From assembly GCA_963710375.1 (NCBI GenBank), contig CAVPZX010000002.1:32001-96000 (forward strand): a stretch of DNA of 64,000 nt. Direction: 5' to 3'. The position numbers and the translations under genes are program-made. The notes under the pieces were generated by a model. That model did no database searches. It was not told the DNA's origin and saw only the letters and a list, made by a program, of their open reading frames with translations. Position 1 is the stretch's first letter, and each line of letters starts with the position of its first letter. The stretch is from Nitrospirota bacterium (GTDB lineage: Bacteria; Nitrospirota; Thermodesulfovibrionia; Thermodesulfovibrionales; Dissulfurispiraceae). Positions 9,623-17,768 of the stretch are shown piece by piece.

Positions 9623-10909
9623 CTATTTAGCCTCTTCAAGCGCAGCAGGCAGCCCAACGTTAGTCCTTATATCAGTCCACTCTTTTTGACCTATTGCAGC
9701 ATCATCACCCTTCAGGGTATCTATGGTCTCAAAATAATCGGCCTGATATTTATCTTTCTTGACCTCGGCTGCAGGTTTGCACTTGACGGCATACATGGTC
9801 TGGATAGACTGATGGTCCCAAGGCCTCCAATACTGCTCATCTTTCAGACCGACATACTTATGTCCTTCAAGCGCGTTTATAACAGCTTTTGTGTCGAATG
9901 TCCCGGCGCGCTCTACAGCCTCCTTATATACGAAAGGAATAACGTATGCCGCTTCACCGATTTCTGTAGGATATTCCTTGTATAGCTCCTCGTATTTCTT
10001 TACAAAGGCTATCCCTTTAGGATAGTTGAATTTAAATGGTACCTCCCAGTTCCACGACTCTGAGCCTATTATGCCCTCCATGGCCTCGGGGCCTGCTCCC
10101 TGCGCCATACTGAGGTTCACGATAGGAACTATAATCTGCATCGTCTTCTTCAACCCCATCGCGTAGGCCGTTTTTACAGCTATCACCATATCGCGTCCAA
10201 ACAAGTTCAGCACCAGGACCTCGGCATTGCTGTCTTTGGCAGCGCTCAACGCATCCTTGAAGTCCATAGCGCCAAACGGTGTTAAAACCCCCCTATTTAC
10301 GGTCTTGTCAGTCGTATTGGTGAATTTTCTGATGGCGTCTTCGGTTGTCCATCCAAAGGTGTAATCAGTCGTAATGTAAAAATATTTTTTGCCGGCAAAA
10401 TTTTTATTCAGATAATTTGCCAATACCTTTGCTGCCATATACGAGTCATTACTTTCCCTGAATACATTCTTGTGGCCCTCTTCACCGGTGACCGACGTAG
10501 AATACGCCACGGTGGCAAAATAGAGTTTGTTTCTCTGCAAGGCGGCCTTTCCAATAGCAATTGTCTCTGCGCTCGTGGAGCCGCCGTCCAACATCTGCAA
10601 ACCCTCCTTATCGATAAGGTCAAGGGCCATTTGCTTTGAAAGTTTTGGGTTTGGCTGCGATGGCACGTAGATAAGCTGTATTTTTTTCCCTAAGATACCG
10701 CCTGCTGCATTAACTTCTTCAACTGCAAGGTCTCCTGCCCTCTTCGCCTCTAATCCCATCTTTGCGTAAGGACCTGCCTCCGGGTAACTCACGCCGATCT
10801 TTACAATCTCTTCGGCATAAACAGAGACCCCGGTTGCCAACAGAAACATACCACTGATGATTAACACAACTAGTCTGGAAATAAGAGGACTGATCACCAT
10901 TCTTTTCAC
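9623..10909 (-). CDS. Periplasmic substrate-binding protein, LivJ/branched-chain amino acid type (type I PBP)
   Basis: Signal peptide ending VYA-EE; EEVNAAGGILGKKIQL, DYTFG motifs; GTG start with AGGAGG SD. Confidence 0.85.
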   Translation of the reverse strand: MKRMVISPLISRLVVLIISGMFLLATGVSVYAEEIVKIGVSYPEAGPYAKMGLEAKRAGDLAVEEVNAAGGILGKKIQLIYVPSQPNPKLSKQMALDLIDKEGLQMLDGGSTSAETIAIGKAALQRNKLYFATVAYSTSVTGEEGHKNVFRESNDSYMAAKVLANYLNKNFAGKKYFYITTDYTFGWTTEDAIRKFTNTTDKTVNRGVLTPFGAMDFKDALSAAKDSNAEVLVLNLFGRDMVIAVKTAYAMGLKKTMQIIVPIVNLSMAQGAGPEAMEGIIGSESWNWEVPFKFNYPKGIAFVKKYEELYKEYPTEIGEAAYVIPFVYKEAVERAGTFDTKAVINALEGHKYVGLKDEQYWRPWDHQSIQTMYAVKCKPAAEVKKDKYQADYFETIDTLKGDDAAIGQKEWTDIRTNVGLPAALEEAK

Positions 10910-10999
10910 AGCTAACCTCCTAAAATATTTTTTAACAAAGAATCAGCAAAAAGCTGATTTAAAAAGCGGAATATGCTAAGACTGACTAACTAGCTGAAC

Positions 11000-11028
11000 A
11001 TTATAGCTAACCTTTACGTATATGTCAA
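11000..11028 (-). promoter_or_regulatory. Consensus sigma70 promoter with embedded operator upstream of SBP-thiolase-DUF3786 genes
   Basis: Minus strand TTGACA TATACGTAAAGGTTAGC TATAAT: perfect hexamers, 17-bp spacer. Confidence 0.8.
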
Positions 11029-11031
11029 GTA

Positions 11032-11057
11032 TGGTTGTTACACGTGGTTGTTACACG
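11032..11057. repeat. 13-bp tandem duplication TGGTTGTTACACG x2
   Basis: Exact direct repeat immediately upstream of the -35 box. Confidence 0.8.
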
Positions 11058-11135
11058 TGTCAAGGCAAAGCAGAAATGTCAGGTTTTTTTATTTGTTCCG
11101 ATATCGTAGAAAGAACAACGCCGCTATAGGATCTT

Positions 11136-12080
11136 CTAATCCTTAAACGTTTTGCCTATCAAAACAGAGCACTCTGAATGCGCCAGGATGTTTCTTGATA
11201 CACTTCCCATCATCCCTTTCATTCCTCTTAACCCTCTGCAGCCGACTGCTATTAAGTTTGCTCTTAACGTCTCCGCTGTTCTCAGTATTTCTCCGGAAGT
11301 GTCCCCGACTCCCGAAACGACGTCTATATTGCTGAATCTTTTTCCAAGAAGGTCCCTGGCGTTCTCAAGAATTCTTCTGGATTCCGCAACTCTCGTTTCT
11401 CTGATTTTTTCCTCAACTTCAAATATCCGTTCGATTGTTCCAGCATCAAACATCTGGGGGATATCCAATACTTCTGACGGTGTTACATTCATTATCTTTA
11501 TTTCCGTATTATCGTAAAACGGTATTTTAGATAAAAACTCTCCGGTGTCACGGGAATAATCGGAGCCATCAGTGGCAAACAGCACTTTGATTCTGTCAGG
11601 TTTTTCATGCACTGTCAGTTTTGAAATGAGAACCGGCTTTGGTGATTTAATGGACACCTCTTTCGTCACGCTTCCTATAAAAAACGATTTAATACCTCTT
11701 ATTCCCCTTGCTCCCATAACAATCATGTCCATATCAGAATTCACAGCTGCGTCAATTATGCAATCGTCAGGAGAACTACACTCCACGATTGCAGTGCTGA
11801 TTTTGGCCTTAACAGGCTGCAGAACCCTTGAGACGGAATCGATAATTCTGGGAGCGATTTCCTTCTTTATTAACTTCAGAACATTGTAATAAGAGACTTC
11901 ATCGAATTCTTTGTGGTACCACTTCTGTGGAAACCAGACTTGCAAAGGTTGTATGGATGGAACCCAACATATTGCGTGGAAAATGGTTATTTCATCCTCG
12001 GAAGATAGATTAAGGCAGGTGAGGAAGTTCGCAGCTCCCTCCGAGAATTCAGAACCATCTGTTGCCAGCAGTATTTTCAT
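11136..12080 (-). CDS. Universal stress protein (two Usp domains)
   Basis: MKILLATDGS, DMIVMGARG..GSV, second KVLFATDGS...GCRG..MGSVS. Confidence 0.9.
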   Translation of the reverse strand: MKILLATDGSEFSEGAANFLTCLNLSSEDEITIFHAICWVPSIQPLQVWFPQKWYHKEFDEVSYYNVLKLIKKEIAPRIIDSVSRVLQPVKAKISTAIVECSSPDDCIIDAAVNSDMDMIVMGARGIRGIKSFFIGSVTKEVSIKSPKPVLISKLTVHEKPDRIKVLFATDGSDYSRDTGEFLSKIPFYDNTEIKIMNVTPSEVLDIPQMFDAGTIERIFEVEEKIRETRVAESRRILENARDLLGKRFSNIDVVSGVGDTSGEILRTAETLRANLIAVGCRGLRGMKGMMGSVSRNILAHSECSVLIGKTFKD

Positions 12081-12233
12081 CTGACTCAGCCTTGCCTCAT
12101 CTATGAAACCAAGATACCATAGATCACGTGAAAAGACAAACAGGAGTCCGTTTATGGAAAGAAAATCTACCGCTTCGGTTTGTACTTTGCCACATTTTAT
12201 AGTAGACTTTGTGTACCGTGTTGGAGGCCTGAG

Positions 12234-13250
12234 ATGAACCCTTTCGCAGTCGGCATTATTGTGGTGGTAGTTCTGCCGGTGTTAGCTGTTGCCGGATTGA
12301 TAGTTTTCGGCACCGCGGAGCCGCCTGCGTTACTTACTTCCGTCAGCAACCCGTTTATTGCGATGGACTACAGAGGACTGCCCGCCCTGGAGAGGTACCA
12401 GGCACGCGATGGAGCGCGACTTTCCTTTCGGGTGTATGCGGCCGGCCGGAAACAAGTTGCCGTCCTGATTCATGGCTCCGCCGGCGGCAGCAGCAGCATG
12501 CATGCGCTGGCTCTTGCACTTCAACGTGATGGCATTACTGTCTATGTGCCGGACCTTCGCGGCCACGGTTCAAATGCTCCTCATGGCGACATTGCTTATG
12601 TGGGACAGTTGGAGGATGACCTGGCTGATCTCCTTGCAAGAGCAAAGCCGACCTTCCCCAACGCAAAGTGGACCCTGGTGGGCTTTTCATCCGGGGGAGG
12701 TTTCGCATTGCGTGTGGCTGCTGAGGTGCCTATGGGGCAAATGTTCGACCGCTACATACTTCTGTCACCATATCTGAGATTCGACGCCCCAACATTGCGC
12801 ACGAACGCGACAAGTGTATCGGAGCTGAAGTCAGGCAAAGGCAGCAGTCCGGTTCCAATAACTGCTCAAAGTTGGGCAAAGGGCTATACCGGCAGGATCA
12901 TTGGTCTCAGGATCCTCAACCGATTCGGCATACACGTTTTTGATGGCTTGCCTGTCGTGGCATTTGCGGTGCCTCCGAATATGGCATTCGTCACCAGGAC
13001 TTACTCTCTGCGCCTGCAACAAAACTTCGGGCCGCATGCGGATTATCTTGCCGACATTCGCTCCGCATCCCGTCCATTGCGCGTCTACATCGGCGCGGCC
13101 GACCAGCTCTTCATTCCAGAAAAAATGCAGGAAGTCTTCCAGTCACAGCGCAGTGATGTACCGGTCATCGTTCTTCCAGGTTTGGATCATGTTGACATGG
13201 TCACGCGTCCAGAGGCGATTGAGGCTACCGTTAGCGTATTTCAGCAGTAG
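12234..13250 (+). CDS. Alpha/beta hydrolase with N-terminal membrane anchor
   Basis: LIHGS, PDLRGHG, GFSSGG nucleophile elbow, C-terminal catalytic His (LDHVD); GGAGG SD before ATG 12234. Confidence 0.85.
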   Translation: MNPFAVGIIVVVVLPVLAVAGLIVFGTAEPPALLTSVSNPFIAMDYRGLPALERYQARDGARLSFRVYAAGRKQVAVLIHGSAGGSSSMHALALALQRDGITVYVPDLRGHGSNAPHGDIAYVGQLEDDLADLLARAKPTFPNAKWTLVGFSSGGGFALRVAAEVPMGQMFDRYILLSPYLRFDAPTLRTNATSVSELKSGKGSSPVPITAQSWAKGYTGRIIGLRILNRFGIHVFDGLPVVAFAVPPNMAFVTRTYSLRLQQNFGPHADYLADIRSASRPLRVYIGAADQLFIPEKMQEVFQSQRSDVPVIVLPGLDHVDMVTRPEAIEATVSVFQQ

Positions 13251-13346
13251 GACGGGACTTTGCGGTACAATAATTAGTTTTCGGAAAGGTTATACATAGA
13301 TTTAGAAATTATGCCGAATATAAGTTGAACACGTGGGGATATATCC

Positions 13347-14414
13347 ATGAAGGCAACTGTCTTTGACATGAAGAAAGGTATCTTTCAGGTCTCGGTCGAA
13401 GACCTGTCGCAGCTCCTTCCGGCAGATGGATTCTTCTGGCTCGACATCGATGGCGCATCGGAGGAGGAAATCCAATCGGTAGCAGCCGCACTTCATCTTT
13501 CCGAGCAGATGAGTTCCTGGCTCCCCCGCTTCGGACAAAGGGCCAGACTCGAATTGGGCAAGGAGCAAATCCGGATCTCCACATGGGGAGTCGGAGCTTC
13601 CGGCATGCCAATCGAGGTACACGTCCTTTTTTCGCAATCGTGGCTTCTAACGGTACACGCCGGTGGCGGCAGTTCTATGGACCGGGCGCGCGGCATATAC
13701 CGGAATGTCGTCCCGACGATTGAGGCTCGACATTCTGGTCTTCTCGTCATACTAACCGAGTTGATGGCAAGTTTTGACCCGTTGCTCGAGCGCCTTGATG
13801 AATCGCTTTATGCCTTGGAGGAACAAGTCATCCGGGCGCCGACAGAAGCGCAGATAGAGCAGCTCGCGAGACTGCGTAAACAGTTGTGGTCACTGCATAG
13901 GATATGGGAGCCACAGCAAGGGGCGGCAAGTAAACTCTCGTTCTCTATCAAGAGACTGTCGGGAATGAGTGAAAGGGCAGATCTGGTCCGTGACTACGCA
14001 GAGCGCATCTCGGACCTCATGGATAGGATCAATGACCTGCGCCAACGTGCCACTGAAGCTATGGAAAGCTACGGGACGAGCGTTTCCAACAGACAGTCAC
14101 AAGTCATCAACCGTCTGACGATCATCGCTGCTGTTTTTCTCCCGCTGACTTTACTGACCGCCTTCTTCGGAATGAATTTTCAATGGATGATTGACCGCCT
14201 GCAATCGCTGGAAGCCTTTCTTGCCCTTGGAGTCGGCTTGTTTATTGCGACATTAGTTGCCACGTTGTCACTCTTTAGGAACCGTGGATGGCTGGGTGAA
14301 AAGCAAGCGGGAAAACTTGAGGCAGTGGCCATTGCTCCAACGACAATCCGGTCGCATGCGGCCGATGCTCAAAACAGTGGTGCGAGCAGCCCTCCGCCTG
14401 CTCAACCGGGATGA
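13347..14414 (+). CDS. CorA-family Mg2+/divalent cation transporter
   Basis: FFWLDI N-terminus; LTIIAAVFLPLTLLTAFFGMNF (GMN motif) plus second TM helix. Confidence 0.88.
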   Translation: MKATVFDMKKGIFQVSVEDLSQLLPADGFFWLDIDGASEEEIQSVAAALHLSEQMSSWLPRFGQRARLELGKEQIRISTWGVGASGMPIEVHVLFSQSWLLTVHAGGGSSMDRARGIYRNVVPTIEARHSGLLVILTELMASFDPLLERLDESLYALEEQVIRAPTEAQIEQLARLRKQLWSLHRIWEPQQGAASKLSFSIKRLSGMSERADLVRDYAERISDLMDRINDLRQRATEAMESYGTSVSNRQSQVINRLTIIAAVFLPLTLLTAFFGMNFQWMIDRLQSLEAFLALGVGLFIATLVATLSLFRNRGWLGEKQAGKLEAVAIAPTTIRSHAADAQNSGASSPPPAQPG

Positions 14415-14421
14415 TCATAGA

Positions 14422-16137
14422 ATGACGAAAGGCCGGACGGAGGTTCAAGGCATACGGGCGCCTGTTTTGCAGGGGATATTACCCATCAAAGGGTCCCAGG
14501 TGCCTACCGATGTTATCGCTGGTCTCACGCTGGCTGCCCTTGCCATTCCTGAAGTGATGGGCTACACGAAGATCGCTGGCACCCCGGTGATCACCGGTCT
14601 TTACACCATCCTCATTCCGATGGCTCTTTTCGCTTTCTTCGGGTCATCCCGCCACCTGGTGGTGGGCGCCGACTCTGCAACAGCAGCTATTCTTGCGGGT
14701 ACACTCTCCCGTATGGCTGCACAAGGGTCGGCTGAGTGGCTCGCACTGGCAGGCGTCCTCGCGTTACTGTCAGCGGCTTTCCTTATCATCGCCCGTATCA
14801 TTAGCCTGGGGTTTCTCGCGGATTTCCTCTCGCGCACCGTGCTCGTAGGCTTCCTTACCGGCGTCGGCGTTCAGGTTGCCATCGGCGAGATATCAGGAAT
14901 GTTCGGCCTGCCTGGTGGAGGACACGGTGCAATCCACAAGATCATAAACGATCTGCAGCAGATCGGGCAGACTAATTTTTACGTCTTGGCCATCTCCATC
15001 GCCGTGATTGTGCTCATCGTCGGGTCAAAGAAGGTCTCAGAAAAAATCCCGGGCGCCCTGATAGCTGTGGTTTGCGCCATCGTCGCCAGCTCGGTGTTCG
15101 ATCTTGAAGCTCACGGCGTACATCTGCTCGGGTATATCCCGGGCGGTCTTCCAAAAATCGGCCCGCCCGACGTCCACTGGGATAAGGGCCTGGTCTTGAA
15201 GTTGCTTCCCACCGCATTTTCGATGTTTATAGTCATTCTGACCCAGAGCGCAGCGACCTCACGGGCTTACGCTGCCCACTACAACGAGCGCTTTAGCGAA
15301 GACGTGGATCTGACAGGTCTGAGCCTGGCCAACATCGGTGCTGCATTATCCGGGACCTTTGTCGTGAACGGAAGCCCCACCAAAACCCAGATGGTCGTCA
15401 GCGCCGGTGGACGCAGCCAGCTTGCACAGATCACCACGAGCCTCGTTGTGCTGCTCGTGCTGCTGTTCCTTACGGGTCCGCTGGCTAACCTGCCGAATGC
15501 GGTCCTGTCAGCAGTTGTATTCCTGATTGGCGTGGAATTGATTGACTTCAAAGGGATGCGTAAGATATGGATCCAGCGACCGCCCGAATTCTGGGTTGCG
15601 CTGATTACTACCCTCGTAGTGATCTTCATCGGCGTAGAGGAGGGTATTATTCTTGCCATGGTGCTGTCACTTATAGAGCACGTGCGGCGGAGCTACAGAT
15701 CGAAAAACGTCATAATCTCATCTGACAAGAAGGGCGGCTGGCGGATACTGCCGGTAACCGCTCCGGAGCAAGTACGGCCCGGACTTCTTGTGTATCGCTT
15801 TGCCCACACGATGTATTACGCTAATGCGCAACAACTCTCCGAACAGGTTATCGACCTCGCGAGCAGGGCACAGCCCCCCCTGGTCTGGTTCTGTATCGAT
15901 GCGTCAGCGGTAGCCGATGTGGACTTCACTGCAGCATCAACCCTTCGCGATATTCACGGCATTTTGAAGAGGCAGGGGATAAGGCTTGTGTTTTACCAGG
16001 TGATCGACCTCGTCAAGGCCGAGTTGGACAGGTATGAACTCACCGGTCTGTTTGGGAAAGACGCCTTCTACGGGACCATCGATGAAGTAGTAAGCGCATA
16101 TGACAAAAGGTCAACAGGCAATATCGCTGAGAACTGA
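14422..16137 (+). CDS. SulP (SLC26) anion transporter with C-terminal STAS domain
   Basis: DVIAGLTLAALAIPEVMGY..IAG, GSSRHLVVG, STAS YYANA...DASAVADVDFTA; start reassigned to ATG 14422. Confidence 0.92.
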   Translation: MTKGRTEVQGIRAPVLQGILPIKGSQVPTDVIAGLTLAALAIPEVMGYTKIAGTPVITGLYTILIPMALFAFFGSSRHLVVGADSATAAILAGTLSRMAAQGSAEWLALAGVLALLSAAFLIIARIISLGFLADFLSRTVLVGFLTGVGVQVAIGEISGMFGLPGGGHGAIHKIINDLQQIGQTNFYVLAISIAVIVLIVGSKKVSEKIPGALIAVVCAIVASSVFDLEAHGVHLLGYIPGGLPKIGPPDVHWDKGLVLKLLPTAFSMFIVILTQSAATSRAYAAHYNERFSEDVDLTGLSLANIGAALSGTFVVNGSPTKTQMVVSAGGRSQLAQITTSLVVLLVLLFLTGPLANLPNAVLSAVVFLIGVELIDFKGMRKIWIQRPPEFWVALITTLVVIFIGVEEGIILAMVLSLIEHVRRSYRSKNVIISSDKKGGWRILPVTAPEQVRPGLLVYRFAHTMYYANAQQLSEQVIDLASRAQPPLVWFCIDASAVADVDFTAASTLRDIHGILKRQGIRLVFYQVIDLVKAELDRYELTGLFGKDAFYGTIDEVVSAYDKRSTGNIAEN

Positions 16138-16162
16138 CCACTGCTGTGAAGATACAAGTGCT

Positions 16163-17269
16163 TCAATCCGGTTCCTCCGGTGAGTGTTTCTCTTTATCTT
16201 TTGGAATTATTACCGTTATCGTGGTGCCTGCATTTTGGCTGCCGTATATCCGAAATTCACCGTTGCAAATCTGTACACGCTCCCGCATCCCCAGCAGGCC
16301 GAATGAATTGGCCTTTGACATATGCTCCTCCGTAATCCCAACGCCATTGTCGGAAATATCAAGCATTATGCTGTCGCCTCGGTCACTTAACGTCGCCGTC
16401 ACCTTTGTCGCCTGTGCATGCCGGAGCACATTGCTTAGCGACTCTTGAAATATCCTGAAAAGGGCGATAGAGTGCTTTCCGTCAACAATAATGTCATAGG
16501 GAACCAGATTAACCTCACATTCAATTCCGCTTCTTTTCTGGTATTCCTGAGCCTGCCACTCGATTGCCGCCCCAAGACCAAGATGGTCCAGTACTGACGG
16601 TCTCAACTCCGTGCAGAGCCTTTTCACTGTCTTTATAGTCTCATTAACAAGCCTTAAATCAGCTTTTATCAGTTCCTCAAGTGTTTCTATCCCCTGATTG
16701 GTTGCCACTTTCTTTTCCATCACTGATAAGTCCATTTTTAAAGCAGTAAGTGTCTGACCAAGTTCATCGTGTATTTCACGGGCAATCCAGGTCCTTTCTT
16801 CTTCCCTGGCGGATTCCAGATGGGCGGCAAGATTTCGTAATTGTTCATGAGATATCTTAAGTTCTTTAACCGCCTTCCTGCGTTCAAACTTCTCGGTTGC
16901 CTCTTCCAAGGCCCTGCGCACCGAAGGTGCGAGCCTTGATATCCTGTCTTTCAGAACATAATCCGTTGCTCCGCTCTTAAGAGTTTCGATGGCCAGTTCT
17001 TCGCCCATCGTACCCGAGATGAAAATAAACGGCATATTAGGACATCTTTCTTTTGCGATAGCAAGTGCGGAAAGCCCGTCAAAGCCGGGCAAAGAATGGT
17101 CGGCAAAAATTATATCAAATCCGCCGCTATCTACAGCCTCGATAAAGTCATCGCTTGTTTCTACCCGGAATATATTGCAGGCGATGCCTTCTTCATCGAG
17201 GGCCGATCTGACGAGTTCGGCGTCGAGGGGTTCATCTTCGAGGTACAGGATTCTCAGAGACGAATTCAT
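16163..17269 (-). CDS. Receiver-domain / HisKA_3 (NarX/UhpB-type) histidine kinase
   Basis: N-terminal REC; REEERTWIAREIHDELGQ H-box; FQESLSNVLRHA, DNGVG, FGLLGMRER. Confidence 0.92.
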   Translation of the reverse strand: MNSSLRILYLEDEPLDAELVRSALDEEGIACNIFRVETSDDFIEAVDSGGFDIIFADHSLPGFDGLSALAIAKERCPNMPFIFISGTMGEELAIETLKSGATDYVLKDRISRLAPSVRRALEEATEKFERRKAVKELKISHEQLRNLAAHLESAREEERTWIAREIHDELGQTLTALKMDLSVMEKKVATNQGIETLEELIKADLRLVNETIKTVKRLCTELRPSVLDHLGLGAAIEWQAQEYQKRSGIECEVNLVPYDIIVDGKHSIALFRIFQESLSNVLRHAQATKVTATLSDRGDSIMLDISDNGVGITEEHMSKANSFGLLGMRERVQICNGEFRIYGSQNAGTTITVIIPKDKEKHSPEEPD

Positions 17270-17310
17270 CTGATTATCTCCTTTATATTTTTAGCGTGCA
17301 GTCTGCATAG

Positions 17311-17766
17311 TTATGCATCACTCCCGTCCAAGTGCGGTGGTGCGCTGACAACCGCCCAATAAGCCCCTATACGTTTTATTACGTCAATAAACTGGTGGAA
17401 ATCAATCGGCTTTACTACATAGCTGTTTGCGCCGAACTTATAGCCCTCGGCTATATCACTATCTTCGTTTGATGAAGTAAGGATCACAACCGGCAGGCAC
17501 CTGAGCTTTTCGTCGGTCTTGATAAGCCTGAGCACTTCAAGTCCGTCTATCTTGGGCAGCTTAAGGTCAAGCAGGACGAGGGCAGGCAAACCGTCTGTCC
17601 TGGAGGTAAACTTTCCATGGCAGTTGAGATAGTCCAGCGCTTCTTCGCCATCACGAACAGCCCTGACCCGATTGGCCAGATTGTTTTCAGCAAGACCTGT
17701 GATGATCAGTTCTGCATCATACGGATCGTCCTCTACAAGCAAAATATGTTTTAGTAGGTCAGGCAT
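17311..17766 (-). CDS. Single-domain response regulator (Rcp1-like)
   Basis: LLVEDD, LLDLKLPKIDG, LTSS, ANSYVVKP. Confidence 0.92.
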   Translation of the reverse strand: MPDLLKHILLVEDDPYDAELIITGLAENNLANRVRAVRDGEEALDYLNCHGKFTSRTDGLPALVLLDLKLPKIDGLEVLRLIKTDEKLRCLPVVILTSSNEDSDIAEGYKFGANSYVVKPIDFHQFIDVIKRIGAYWAVVSAPPHLDGSDA

Positions 17767-17768
17767 GC

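Noticed and set aside
3556..11028. Inverted 29-bp repeats as transposon terminal IRs
   Set aside because: The repeats coincide exactly with -35/-10 promoter geometry, with no transposase or flanking duplication; a shared operator is more parsimonious
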